Shown: in pieces, positions 9,568 to 19,147 of the stretch
Position numbering within the stretch: position 1 is the stretch's first letter
How the letters are laid out: every line of letters begins with the position of its first letter
Assembly: GCA_031458695.1 (NCBI GenBank)
Contig: JAVKJW010000001.1
Coordinates: 224,001 to 288,000 of the forward strand
Reading direction: 5' to 3'
Source of the DNA: Candidatus Thermofontivivens primus
GTDB taxonomy: Bacteria > Sysuimicrobiota > Sysuimicrobiia > Sysuimicrobiales > Thermofontiviventaceae
DNA: 64,000 nucleotides
Translations under genes and position numbers: made by a program
Notes under the pieces: generated by a model
Told to the model about the DNA's origin: nothing
Seen by the model: only the letters and a program-made list of their open reading frames with translations
The model's database searches: none

Positions 9568-11655
9568 CTACAGGGTCATCACAATCTTGGAGAGATCGGC
9601 GAGCCGGCGGAAGGTTTGCACAACGAGATACAGGAGGGAGAGCCTTGCCGTGCGGACCTTTTCATCGGGGTCCATGATGAGGACCTCCTCGAAAAGGCGG
9701 TCCACAGGGTCCGCGAACTTGAGAAGGACTCTCCAGGCGTCCTGGTAGCGCTTCTCCCGGACGAGGGCTTCCACTTCTGGGCCCACGGCGCGCGCTATCT
9801 CATAGAGGGTCTTTTCAGCCTTTTCGGTGAGGAGCGGTGCCCACGTGGCTGGGTCTCCCCCAAGGATCGGAGCCATTTCCTTGGGAAGGATCCGGGAGGC
9901 GCGGTCGTAGGCGATGAACAGACGGGGGAATTCTGGCCATTCCCGCACCTGTGCCAGCGCAACCGCCCGGCCGTGCGCCTCTACAGGGTCATCGTGATCT
10001 ACCGCGAGAGTGGCATCCACTACGTCGTAGGGGATTCCTTCTTCCAGGAGCGTGGCCCTCAGGCGTGTGCGGAGGAACTCCTTCGTTTCCTCATAGGTCC
10101 TTTCCCCACCTGCGTCCTCCCATCCGTACGCCTCCTGGACGACGCGGATGAGTGCAGGGAGGGAGAGGTGAAGGTTGTGAGCGAAAAGTGTTGCGAACAC
10201 CCCCTGGGCTGCTCTCCGCAACCCGTAGGGGTCTTGCGATCCCGTCGGGGCAAGGTCTCTTGAGATCGCCCCCACGAGCGTGTCCATCCTGTCGGCAATG
10301 GCCAGGATCGCACCGAGCAATGTCCGAGGAGGGACGTCTTCGGCCGCCCTCGGCCGGTAATGGTCCTCCAAGGCCGCCGCAACCTCGAAAGGCTCACCAT
10401 CGAGGAGGGCGTAGATGCGCCCCATGACCCCCTGGAGCTCAGGGAACTCCCCTACCATGTGCGTGAGGAGGTCAGCCTTACAGAGAAGGACGGCCCGGCG
10501 CGCTTTCTCTCGCAGCTCCTCTGCCCCGACGACACGACAGATCCAGTCCACGATGGTCTCGAGGCGTTTGACCTTGTCGTACAAGGTCCCCAACCCTTCC
10601 AAGAAGAGAACGCCCTTCAGCTGCTCCACGCGCTCCTCCAGGCGAGTCTTGCGGTCCTCGCGGAAGAAGAACCGCGCGTCCGCGAGCCTGGCCCGGAGGA
10701 CCCACTCGTGCCCCTCCCGTACGGTGTCCAGGCCTGTCTCGGGGCCATCGCGTACCGCAAGGAAGAAGGGGAGCAATGTTCCTTCGGACCCTTCCACAGG
10801 GAAATACTTCTGGTGGTGTTGCATTACCGTCACCAGGACCTCCTCGGGCAGGTCGAGGAACTCTTCTGAGAACCTCCCCAGGAGGACCGTGGGCCATTCC
10901 ACGGTGTATACGATCTCCTGGAGCAGGGCGGGGTCGATGCGTGGCCTCCCGCCTACGCGCTGGGCGGCGTGTACGAGCTGCTCGCGGATCATCGCTTCCC
11001 TCTCTTCCTGGTCCAGGAGGACCGAGGCCTCCTGGAGCACCTTGAGATAGTCCTTGGGATCCCGGACAGAGGAGGGGCCTGGGGAGGCAAACCTGTGCCC
11101 GCGGGTCATCCTCCCACTTGCGACTCCGGCAAAGCTCGTCGGGATCACTTCCTCCCCATACAGGGCCACGATCCAGCGCACAGGGCGGGCGAACCGGCTC
11201 TCTCCCTCCCCCCAGCGCATGGTCTTCGGGAAGGCCAGTGCTCCAAACAGGCGGGGGAAGATCTCACTCAGCACCTCTAAGGCAGGCCTTGTAGGCTCTT
11301 GGACGAGGGCAAAAACGTACTCCCCCTCCTCCGTCCGCTGGCGTACGAGCGCCTCCACCGCGACTCCTTGGCTCCGGGCAAAACCCAGGGCTGCCTTCGT
11401 CGGCTTCCCATGCTCGTCATAGGCAACCTTGACCGCGGGGCCGCGTACCATCCGTACCGACTCCTTTTGGCGTGGAGCGACCTCCTGCGCATACAAGACC
11501 AGCCTACGGGGAGTTCCGTAGACGCGGATCCCGTGCACCTCAAGGCGGGCTTCGCGGAAGACCTCCTCTGCAAGGGAGGAGAGTTGCTGCAGGGCCTGAG
11601 GGACGGCCCTGGGGGGCAGCTCCTCGGTTCCGAGCTCAAACAGCAACGATGGCAT
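9568..11655 (-). CDS. glyS: Glycine-tRNA ligase beta subunit
   Basis: LFELGTEELP, TPRRL, FARPVRW, EFPELQGVMG, GSQDPYGLRRAA. Confidence 0.96.
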   Translation of the reverse strand: MPSLLFELGTEELPPRAVPQALQQLSSLAEEVFREARLEVHGIRVYGTPRRLVLYAQEVAPRQKESVRMVRGPAVKVAYDEHGKPTKAALGFARSQGVAVEALVRQRTEEGEYVFALVQEPTRPALEVLSEIFPRLFGALAFPKTMRWGEGESRFARPVRWIVALYGEEVIPTSFAGVASGRMTRGHRFASPGPSSVRDPKDYLKVLQEASVLLDQEEREAMIREQLVHAAQRVGGRPRIDPALLQEIVYTVEWPTVLLGRFSEEFLDLPEEVLVTVMQHHQKYFPVEGSEGTLLPFFLAVRDGPETGLDTVREGHEWVLRARLADARFFFREDRKTRLEERVEQLKGVLFLEGLGTLYDKVKRLETIVDWICRVVGAEELREKARRAVLLCKADLLTHMVGEFPELQGVMGRIYALLDGEPFEVAAALEDHYRPRAAEDVPPRTLLGAILAIADRMDTLVGAISRDLAPTGSQDPYGLRRAAQGVFATLFAHNLHLSLPALIRVVQEAYGWEDAGGERTYEETKEFLRTRLRATLLEEGIPYDVVDATLAVDHDDPVEAHGRAVALAQVREWPEFPRLFIAYDRASRILPKEMAPILGGDPATWAPLLTEKAEKTLYEIARAVGPEVEALVREKRYQDAWRVLLKFADPVDRLFEEVLIMDPDEKVRTARLSLLYLVVQTFRRLADLSKIVMTL

Positions 11656-11665
11656 GAGGGTCTCC

Positions 11666-12565
11666 TCAGGGGACGGCCGCCTGGGCAGGGAGGAGCGGGA
11701 AGCCCATCGCCTCCCGGCGCCGGATATACCGTACGGCGCACTCCTTGGCCAGTGCCCGACACCGGCCCATGAGGGCTGTCCGCTCCGCCACGCTCACGGC
11801 GCCGCGTGCATCCAGGAGGTTGAACACGTGGGAGCACTTCAGCACGTAGTCATACCCGGGCAGGACCAGATCCTTCTCCAGGAGGCGCCTAGCCTCTAGC
11901 TCGAAAGCGTCGAAGAGGGCTCGAAGCATGGCCGTGTCGGCTTCCTCGAAGCTGTAGACAGAGTGCTCGTACTCCTCCTGTCGCCGGACCTCCCCGTAGC
12001 TGACGCCCGGGGCCCACTCTAGACTGAACACATCCTCTTTCCTCTGGATGTACATGGCGATGCGCTCCAGGCCGTAGGTAATCTCGCAGGAGACAGGTTT
12101 CACGTCGATGCCCCCGACTTGCTGGAAGTAGGTAAACTGGGTGATCTCCTGGCCGTCCAAGAAGATCTGCCACCCCAGTCCCCACGCGCCCAAGGTGGGG
12201 GATTCCCAATCGTCTTCTAGGAACTTGATATCATGGACACGCAGGTCGATCCCGAGCTCTCGCAAGCTTTCCAGGTAGAGGTCCTGGACGTCCTCTGGAG
12301 AAGGCTTGAGGATCACCTGGAACTGGTAGTGTTTGAACAGACGGTTCGGGTTCTCTCCATAGCGGCCGTCCACGGGACGCCGGCTCGGCTGGACGTAGGC
12401 GACCCGCCAAGGCTCCGGCCCGAGGGCTCGCAGGAAGGTCTGAGGGTGCATTGTCCCAGCGCCCACCTCGACGTCGTAGGCCTGGTCAATCAGACACCCT
12501 TGGTTCGCCCAGAACCGCTCCAGGGCAAAGATGATCTCCTGAAACGTCATTGCACGCTCCTTCAT
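11666..12565 (-). CDS. glyQ: Glycine-tRNA ligase alpha subunit
   Basis: [48 protein letters not shown]. Confidence 0.97.
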   Translation of the reverse strand: MKERAMTFQEIIFALERFWANQGCLIDQAYDVEVGAGTMHPQTFLRALGPEPWRVAYVQPSRRPVDGRYGENPNRLFKHYQFQVILKPSPEDVQDLYLESLRELGIDLRVHDIKFLEDDWESPTLGAWGLGWQIFLDGQEITQFTYFQQVGGIDVKPVSCEITYGLERIAMYIQRKEDVFSLEWAPGVSYGEVRRQEEYEHSVYSFEEADTAMLRALFDAFELEARRLLEKDLVLPGYDYVLKCSHVFNLLDARGAVSVAERTALMGRCRALAKECAVRYIRRREAMGFPLLPAQAAVP

Positions 12566-12643
12566 TCCCTCGCTCTTTCCCCCTTGAGAAGGATTTCAGA
12601 TGGGGTGCATGGTGGGGGCTTCTTTCACCTTGTCTCCATGGTT

Positions 12644-12889
12644 TCAGCCGATACCCAGAGGTTCCTCCTCCCGCTCCCTTGACCGGGTTCCAAGGGTAGC
12701 TGCGAGCAAGGCGGCGGCAAAGGCGACGACACCTGCCACGGCCCATGCGGTGGGAAGCTCGATGACCCGGTCCTCCGCTCGGATCCGCACCTCCCCGGGT
12801 GGGCCGGGGCGGATCACATTGCGGGCTTCCTCGAGCGCCGCCCCTAGTTGTACTACGGCGCGAGAGATCCGCTCAAGATCGATCTCCAC
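12644..12889 (-). CDS. Small hypothetical protein with one C-terminal TM helix (~81 aa)
   Basis: AGGAGG upstream of GTG 12889; hydrophobic WAVAGVVAFAAALLAATLG; fills the recO-glyQ gap. Confidence 0.6.
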   Translation of the reverse strand: MEIDLERISRAVVQLGAALEEARNVIRPGPPGEVRIRAEDRVIELPTAWAVAGVVAFAAALLAATLGTRSREREEEPLGIG

Positions 12890-13000
12890 AACACCACCTC
12901 CTGTGCCTTCGCGGCACCCGCATGTGCGTTCACTCCTCATTCCATCGTGAAAGGTCTCTGGCTTTTGCTGGAAGCTCCTCTGGAAATACCCTGACGTCCT

Positions 13001-13029
13001 CAGCGAAATCTTGTCAAGAGATTTCGCTG
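13001..13029. repeat. Dispersed palindromic element (REP-like), copy 2
   Basis: CAGCGAAATCT-tgtcaag-AGATTTCGCTG overlapping the recO stop codon. Confidence 0.7.
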
Positions 13030-13793
13030 GGCCTACCTCGATTCCCCTTCTCGGTACCCTCCAGGCGGCGGATCACTCGGGGGGCCTGAAGATGCGTCTC
13101 AAGCTGGTTTTCTGCAAATTCGATGAGAATCTGGCGGATCCTCTCCCGCGTTCCTGGGTCCCCCATAGCTGGACCAGGACCTGTGCGCGATCCTCGCAGA
13201 AGGTTCTTCAATCCTGCGAGCACCAGGCCATCCACTGTCCATGCGCCGGGGTCCTGGTCTCCACACCGGCGGCAGAGCACCCCTCCGAGAGAGGTGCTGA
13301 ATCGCGGAAAGGGCCCGAGGGAACGCCCGCAACCCACGCAGCGGTCCAGGCTCGGCCGGTACCCCTGGAGGATGAGGAGCCTCAGGCTGAAGCGTAGCGC
13401 CGCGACCTCGGGATCCCCATTGCACATCCCTCTTAGGGTATCGATGAGGAGGTGGAAGAGCTGGGCGTGTGGCTCGCGGGTCGCTGTCGCTTTGTCGACG
13501 AGCTCGACCGCATACGCCGCATAGGCCATGCGCTGGAGATCGGTGCGTAGCGCCCCAAACGGCTCCACGACCTCCACCTGGGTCAGGATGTCCAGGGAGC
13601 GACCTGAGGCCAAGAGGGCTCGGAGATGGGTATAGGGCTCGACGCGACCTCCGAGGCGGCTCGTCGGCTTTCTCGCTCCTCTGGCGACGGCATAGAGCTT
13701 CCCGTGCTCCCGGGTGTACAGGGTAACCAAGCGGTCCGCCTCGCCTAGTGCAACCCGGCGGAGCACGATCCCCTCAGCGCGATAGACTGGCAT
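13014..13793 (-). CDS. recO: DNA repair protein RecO
   Basis: MPVYRAEGIVLR...GEADRLVTLYT...VARGARK; zinc finger CVGC...CRRC. Confidence 0.95.
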   Translation of the reverse strand: MPVYRAEGIVLRRVALGEADRLVTLYTREHGKLYAVARGARKPTSRLGGRVEPYTHLRALLASGRSLDILTQVEVVEPFGALRTDLQRMAYAAYAVELVDKATATREPHAQLFHLLIDTLRGMCNGDPEVAALRFSLRLLILQGYRPSLDRCVGCGRSLGPFPRFSTSLGGVLCRRCGDQDPGAWTVDGLVLAGLKNLLRGSRTGPGPAMGDPGTRERIRQILIEFAENQLETHLQAPRVIRRLEGTEKGNRGRPSEIS

Positions 13794-13807
13794 TTTGCCT
13801 CTCCTTC

Positions 13808-14233
13808 TCACTCCCTCCCTGTTCCTGTTCTCTGGCGCTTGGGGAGGAACAGGAACGGCTCTGGGAGGAGCTCGCTGAGGTTCTTCGTGATCACCTTCCT
13901 CCCCCTGGGCGTAGCCATGATCACCGTCTCGATCCCGAACTCGGCCATGACCTGCCTGCAAGCCCCGCATGGGGTCGGTGGTTCAGCTCCTTCTGCTACG
14001 ACGGCGATGGCCAGGAGGCGGCGTTTCCCCATGGAGACGGCTTTATGGATGGCTACCCGCTCGGCGCAGTGGGAGAGGCCGTAGCTCACGTTCTCGACAT
14101 TACACCCCGTCACGACAGTCCCGTCGACAGCCCAGACGGCTGCCCCTACCTTAAACCCGGAGTAGGGAGCGTACGCCTTACGGCGTGCGTCCCGGGCGGC
14201 TCGCACGAGGGTGGTCATCTGCTCTGGGTTCAT
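13808..14233 (-). CDS. cdd: Cytidine deaminase (tetrameric type)
   Basis: AYAPYSGFKVGAA, GCNVEN, CAERVA, PCGAC; ATGA overlap with upstream gene. Confidence 0.95.
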   Translation of the reverse strand: MNPEQMTTLVRAARDARRKAYAPYSGFKVGAAVWAVDGTVVTGCNVENVSYGLSHCAERVAIHKAVSMGKRRLLAIAVVAEGAEPPTPCGACRQVMAEFGIETVIMATPRGRKVITKNLSELLPEPFLFLPKRQRTGTGRE

Positions 14234-14865
14234 AAAGGATTCCTGATCGTGATCTGGGACATATCGGGAGGGGTCACGATGCCCCCCGAGATCACCATCT
14301 TCAGCCCATCCTCGACCTTCATCTCCAAGGGGATGATCTCGCTCTCTGGGACGAGCACAAGGAAACCGGTGGTGGGGTTCGGCGTTGTCACAATGAACAC
14401 GTTGAAGACGCGCTCCGCCGTCTTCTCTTGAGCTTCCCCTACGGTCTCCCCTGTGACAAATCCCAAGGTGAACAGTCCTTTGCGGGGCCATTCCACAAGG
14501 ACCACCTTCTGGAAGGCTCCTCTCTTCCGAAGCAGGATGCTATCGCTGAGCTGCTTTGTTGCTGAGTAGATGGTGCGGGCGACGGGGATTTGCATCATCA
14601 GGCGATCCACCACCCCCATCATGCGCCTCCCCAAGACGTTCGTGGCGAAGATCCCGGTCACGAAGACAAGGAGGAAGGAGGTAGCGAGTCCAAGGCCAGG
14701 GACCGTCCTCCCCAGGAGCAGGGTGAACGCCCATCCTAGGACGCTATCGAGGAGGTGGAAGAGCCATACGAACACACTGAGGGTAATCACCACCGGCAGG
14801 AGGGTCAGGAGGCCGGCGATGAAATAATTTCGAATAGCTGACTGGAGATGACCTCGCGTGGTCAT
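14230..14865 (-). CDS. DUF502-family membrane protein
   Basis: FIAGLLTLLP N-terminus; TTPNPTTGF motif; KMVISGG. Confidence 0.85.
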   Translation of the reverse strand: MTTRGHLQSAIRNYFIAGLLTLLPVVITLSVFVWLFHLLDSVLGWAFTLLLGRTVPGLGLATSFLLVFVTGIFATNVLGRRMMGVVDRLMMQIPVARTIYSATKQLSDSILLRKRGAFQKVVLVEWPRKGLFTLGFVTGETVGEAQEKTAERVFNVFIVTTPNPTTGFLVLVPESEIIPLEMKVEDGLKMVISGGIVTPPDMSQITIRNPL

Positions 14866-14870
14866 GGCGA

Positions 14871-16136
14871 TCAGGAGGGTGCTTCCTTGGTGATCTTCAC
14901 CTTGGCGATCCGCTGCCCTTCAATTTTTTCGACGCGGATCTCTACCCCGTCGGCCTGCACCGTCTCTCCTTGTTCAGGGACGTGCCCGAGGATGCTGTAA
15001 ACATACCCTCCGACGGTATCGACCTCTTCAGTCGGGAGGGCGATACCCAGCAGCTCGTTGAGCTCCTCCAGGTTCATCCGTGCATCCACGAGCGCGGTGC
15101 GGTCGTCCAGGATCTCCACCATCTTCTCCTCCACGTCGTATTCATCGAGGATCGGCCCAACGATCTCCTCAAGGAGGTCCTCGATCGTAACGAGCCCTGC
15201 CGTCCCCCCGTACTCGTCCACGACAATAGCCATGTGCACCTTCTTCCGCTGCATTTCCTGGAAGAGGTCGTCCACTTTCTTTGTCTCCGGAACGAAGTAC
15301 GGCGGCCGCATGATTTCTCTGGCCTTGATGTCCAGCCGTCCCTGCTTCAGGTAGGGGAGCAGGTCCTTGACGTGGATGATCCCCACGATGTGGTCGATGC
15401 TCCCTGTGTAGACGGGGATCCGGGTGTGCCCCTCCCTGTTGACGATATCTAGGATCTCCCCGATGGGCGTCTCATCCTCCACGCACACCATGTCGATGCG
15501 CGGGACCATGACCTCCCGGACAATGGTCTCCCCGAATTCAAAGATCGAGTGGATCATCTCCCGCTCATCCTCCTCCAGGACGCCTTCCTCCTCCCCCAGC
15601 TTCACGAGCTGCTTGATCTCCTCCTCGGTGACGAGCGGGGAGCGCAGGTTCACCCTAGCGCCGAGGGGACGGATGAGCAGGTCGGAGATCAAAGAAAGCC
15701 CCTTGACGAGGGGCGCGAACAGGATCCCTAGGACATGGATCGGGCGGACCACCCAGAGAACGATCCTGTCTGCGTACCGGGCAGCGATGGTCTTCGGGGT
15801 GATCTCCCCGAGGACCAAGAGGAGGAGGGTCATCACCACGATCGCGACCCATTGGCCTTCCCCCAAGCCAAAGAGGCGGATGAAGAGTCCCGAGGCGATG
15901 ACCGATGCAGCCACATTGACGACGTTATTCCCCACGAGGAGGGTGGTCAGGAGATAGCCTGGCTCCTCGATGAGGCGCAACGCCAGCGAGGCCTGGAGAT
16001 GTCCTTCATCCCTGAGATTCCTCAGGCGCAGGCGGTTCGCCGCGAAAAAGGCTGTCTCCGACCCGGAGAAGAATGCAGAGCACAGGAGAAGGATCCCTAA
16101 CGCAATGAGCTCCATCCAATAACTTGACGCGTCCAA
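14871..16136 (-). CDS. CNNM/HlyC-CorC (hemolysin-family) transporter
   Basis: [19 protein letters not shown] pair (HTRIPVY), [24 protein letters not shown]-terminal CorC domain. Confidence 0.93.
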   Translation of the reverse strand: MDASSYWMELIALGILLLCSAFFSGSETAFFAANRLRLRNLRDEGHLQASLALRLIEEPGYLLTTLLVGNNVVNVAASVIASGLFIRLFGLGEGQWVAIVVMTLLLLVLGEITPKTIAARYADRIVLWVVRPIHVLGILFAPLVKGLSLISDLLIRPLGARVNLRSPLVTEEEIKQLVKLGEEEGVLEEDEREMIHSIFEFGETIVREVMVPRIDMVCVEDETPIGEILDIVNREGHTRIPVYTGSIDHIVGIIHVKDLLPYLKQGRLDIKAREIMRPPYFVPETKKVDDLFQEMQRKKVHMAIVVDEYGGTAGLVTIEDLLEEIVGPILDEYDVEEKMVEILDDRTALVDARMNLEELNELLGIALPTEEVDTVGGYVYSILGHVPEQGETVQADGVEIRVEKIEGQRIAKVKITKEAPS

Positions 16137-16176
16137 CGAGTCCTTCCCCCACCTTTCTCTTGCTGCTTGAACTCAA

Positions 16177-16185
16177 ATTATATCA
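16177..16185 (-). promoter_or_regulatory. Extended -10 promoter for the leftward operon
   Basis: TGaTATAAT on minus strand about 40 nt upstream of the CNNM start. Confidence 0.6.
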
Positions 16186-16232
16186 TACCATAACCCTACG
16201 ACTCCCCACAAAACCCAGTGGCTAGCCAAGGC

Positions 16233-16261
16233 TTGACGCGAGTACAACCCTCTGGTAGAAT
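16233..16261 (+). promoter_or_regulatory. Sigma70-type promoter of mqn operon
   Basis: TTGACG-N17-TAGAAT with extended TG. Confidence 0.75.
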
Positions 16262-16262
16262 C

Positions 16263-16280
16263 TGACCGACCAGTCAGTCA
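16263..16280. promoter_or_regulatory. Palindromic operator (TetR-like) over the mqn transcription start
   Basis: TGACCGAC-CA-GTCAGTCA near-perfect 18-bp inverted repeat. Confidence 0.6.
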
Positions 16281-16293
16281 AATCCAAGGAACC

Positions 16294-17445
16294 ATGATGG
16301 GGATGCGCAAGATCCGGGCGAAGGTCCTTGCGGGAGAACGCATTACCCTCGAGGAGGGGATTGCCCTCTACAAAGAGGCCGACCTCCTGGAACTTGGCCA
16401 GCTAGCCAACATCTTGCGGTACCGGCACAACCCGCGTCCTGAGGTGACCTTCGTCATCGATACCAATCCCAACTACACGAACGTGTGTGATACCGATTGC
16501 CTCTTCTGCGCTTTCTACCGCAAGCCCGGGGCACCGGACGCATATACGTACTCCGTCGAGGAGATGATGGAGAGGATCGGTCAGGCGGTGGCACAGGGCG
16601 CGACAACCGTCCTCCTCCAGGGTGGTCACAACCCTGCCTTGCCCTTTGAGTACTACCTGGAGCTCGTCCGGGAGACCTGCCGCCGGTTCCCCCACGTCAC
16701 ACCACACTTCTTCTCGGCCTCGGAGATCCAGGCCATGCACCGCTACTTTGGTCTCCCTGTGCGCGAGATCCTCCTACGCCTCCGGGAGGCAGGGATGTAC
16801 ACGCTCCCTGGGGGTGGTGCAGAGATCCTCTCGGCTCGTGTACGAAAGCGCATCAGCCCCAAGAAGGGAGGGCCAGAGGAGTGGCTGGAGGTTCACAGGG
16901 AAGCCCATAGGCTAGGATTCCGCACCACGGCGACGATGATGTACGGCCACGTCGAGCAACCCGAGGATATCCTCGAACACCTAGAGCACCTCCGGCGCCT
17001 CCAGGACGAGACGGGAGGGTTCACGGCGTTCATTCCCTGGAGCTTCAAACCGGCCAATACTCGTCTCCAGAAATGGGTCCCCACTGGCGCCGGGCCAAAC
17101 GAGTACCTACGCATCATCGCTCTCTCCCGTGTCTACCTGGACAACTTCCCCCACATCCAGGCTTCGTGGTTCTCCGAAGGGAAGCGCGCAGGTCAGGTCG
17201 CCCTGCACTTTGGCGCTGACGACTTCGGTGGCACCTTGATCGAGGAGAACGTCCACCGGGCGGCAGATTTCGTCAATACGACGACGCTGGAGGATGTCGT
17301 CACCATGATCCGGGAGGCCGGGTTCATCCCGGTACAACGCACAACGCTGTACGAGCGTATCCGGGTCTTTGCAGAAGGTGTCCCGCAATCCCCTTCCCCA
17401 GTGGAGGGAGTCCATGAGAGTGTTGCGCATCGGCCACAGTCCTGA
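16294..17445 (+). CDS. mqnC: Cyclic dehypoxanthine futalosine synthase (radical SAM)
   Basis: NYTNVCDTDCLFCAFYR (CxxxCxxC), LLQGG, PGGGAEIL, ATMMYGH, FIPW, DDFGGT; mqn context. Confidence 0.88.
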   Translation: MMGMRKIRAKVLAGERITLEEGIALYKEADLLELGQLANILRYRHNPRPEVTFVIDTNPNYTNVCDTDCLFCAFYRKPGAPDAYTYSVEEMMERIGQAVAQGATTVLLQGGHNPALPFEYYLELVRETCRRFPHVTPHFFSASEIQAMHRYFGLPVREILLRLREAGMYTLPGGGAEILSARVRKRISPKKGGPEEWLEVHREAHRLGFRTTATMMYGHVEQPEDILEHLEHLRRLQDETGGFTAFIPWSFKPANTRLQKWVPTGAGPNEYLRIIALSRVYLDNFPHIQASWFSEGKRAGQVALHFGADDFGGTLIEENVHRAADFVNTTTLEDVVTMIREAGFIPVQRTTLYERIRVFAEGVPQSPSPVEGVHESVAHRPQS

Positions 17446-18262
17446 CCCAGACGATGCCTTCATGTTCTACGGCTTCGCCTGTGGAGCCGTCCAGATGGAA
17501 GGGTATGAGATCGAGCATGTCCTTGAGGACATCGCCACCCTGAACGTCCGGGCGACGCGCGGGGAGCTTGAGGTCACCGCCCTCTCCGCCGCGACCTACC
17601 CCCATGTGGCAGGACGCTACCGGCTTCTGGCCACAGGTGCATCGCTCGGGATCGGATACGGCCCTGTGATCGTGTGTAAAAAGGAATCGATTGCCAGTGA
17701 GCTCACCGGGCGAACTATCGCCGTCCCGGGGAAGAGCACCACAGCCTATCTCCTCTTGCGCCTGTACCTCGAAGACTTCCAAGCCGTGGAGATCCCCTTC
17801 GATCGCATCCCCCAGGCCGTGCGAGCAGGAGAGGTGGACGCAGGGTTATTGATCCATGAGGGTCAGCTCACCTATGCCGAAATGGGCCTTGTGCCCATCC
17901 TCGACCTTGGCGCGCGCTGGCGGGAGGAGACCGGCTTCCCCCTCCCTTTGGGGCTTGACGCCGTGCGCCGGGACCTTGCGGAGGATCTCCAAGCGAGGAT
18001 CTCGCAGGCCCTTGCCGAGAGCATCCGCTATGCGTTTGCTCATGAAGAAGAGGCACTGGACTATGCCATGCAATTTGGCAGGGGCATCGACCGGGAGATC
18101 TGCCGTCGCTTTGTGCGCATGTACGTCAACGAGTACACCCTGGATCTCGGGGGGGAAGGAAAACGTGCCCTCTTGGCCCTCTACCAGAGAGCGTATGACC
18201 GTGGCCTGATCCCTGCCGTGCCTCCACTCGATCCCACGTTCCCCGGGAAGACTCCGAGTTGA
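17414..18262 (+). CDS. mqnD: 1,4-dihydroxy-6-naphthoate synthase
   Basis: IGHSPDPDDAFMFY, GYGP, PGKSTTA, LIHEGQLTY, LPLG, MYVNEYT. Confidence 0.9.
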   Translation: MRVLRIGHSPDPDDAFMFYGFACGAVQMEGYEIEHVLEDIATLNVRATRGELEVTALSAATYPHVAGRYRLLATGASLGIGYGPVIVCKKESIASELTGRTIAVPGKSTTAYLLLRLYLEDFQAVEIPFDRIPQAVRAGEVDAGLLIHEGQLTYAEMGLVPILDLGARWREETGFPLPLGLDAVRRDLAEDLQARISQALAESIRYAFAHEEEALDYAMQFGRGIDREICRRFVRMYVNEYTLDLGGEGKRALLALYQRAYDRGLIPAVPPLDPTFPGKTPS

Positions 18263-18274
18263 CCGGGAGTGGCC

Positions 18275-19135
18275 ATGAGAAAGCTCCTGACGTTCCTGGA
18301 GACAATCCGGTTTGAGCACACCATCTTCGCCCTCCCTTTCGCCTACATGTCGCTTCTCCTAGCTATGGACGGACTTCCTCCAGCGGGCCTCTTCGGGTGG
18401 ATCACCCTTGCCATGGTAAGCGCGAGGACCATTGGTATGGCCGTTAATCGCCTCGTCGACGTGGAGATAGACCGCCGTAATCCGAGAACCAGCACCCGTC
18501 CCTTGGTCACGGGGCGGATCACGACGAGAGAGGTAATCCTGTACACCCTTCTTGCGGGCATCCTCTTCCTAGTCAGCGTGTACCACTTGGCTCCCCTTAC
18601 ACACTTCCTCTGGCCCGTAGTGCTCGCCGCTCTCATCTGTTATCCCTATGCCAAGCGATTCACCTGGCTCACGCACTTTGCCCTTGGCGCAGTTTACCTG
18701 ATGATCCCTCCAGCGGTGTGGATCGCCGCCACGAACACCCTCGCGCCCCCCGCTGTGTTCTTGGGATTGGCCGCAGCCACCTGGGTTGCTGGGTTCGATA
18801 TCCTCTACGCCCTCCAGGATGTGGAGGTCGACCGCAAGGAGGGGATCCACTCCATCCCCGCGGATTTTGGGGTTCCGGTCTCTCTTGTTGTCGCCCGATG
18901 GCTCCACGCCATCACCGTCTTCGCCCTCTTCCTTGCCGGGAGGTCCGGTGGGTTCGGGAGTTTCTATCTCCTCGGCGTGGGGGTGACGGCTGCCCTCCTA
19001 GCCTACGAACATGCCATCGTGCGGCCTGACGACCTTTCTAGGATCCACACCAGCTTCTTCACCATGAACGGGCTGGTGAGCGTTGCCCTCTTCTTGTTCG
19101 CGCTGCTCGACAGGACCGTCCTTCGGAGTCCCTAG
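18275..19135 (+). CDS. mqnP: UbiA-like polyprenyltransferase (futalosine pathway)
   Basis: IRFEHTIFALPFA, NRLVDVEIDRRNPRT, GFDILYALQD. Confidence 0.85.
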   Translation: MRKLLTFLETIRFEHTIFALPFAYMSLLLAMDGLPPAGLFGWITLAMVSARTIGMAVNRLVDVEIDRRNPRTSTRPLVTGRITTREVILYTLLAGILFLVSVYHLAPLTHFLWPVVLAALICYPYAKRFTWLTHFALGAVYLMIPPAVWIAATNTLAPPAVFLGLAAATWVAGFDILYALQDVEVDRKEGIHSIPADFGVPVSLVVARWLHAITVFALFLAGRSGGFGSFYLLGVGVTAALLAYEHAIVRPDDLSRIHTSFFTMNGLVSVALFLFALLDRTVLRSP

Positions 19136-19147
19136 GGAGGGGTATCG

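Noticed and set aside
12566..12643. T-box leader before glyQS (also checked before gltX)
   Set aside because: Spacer too short and no T-box consensus with terminator
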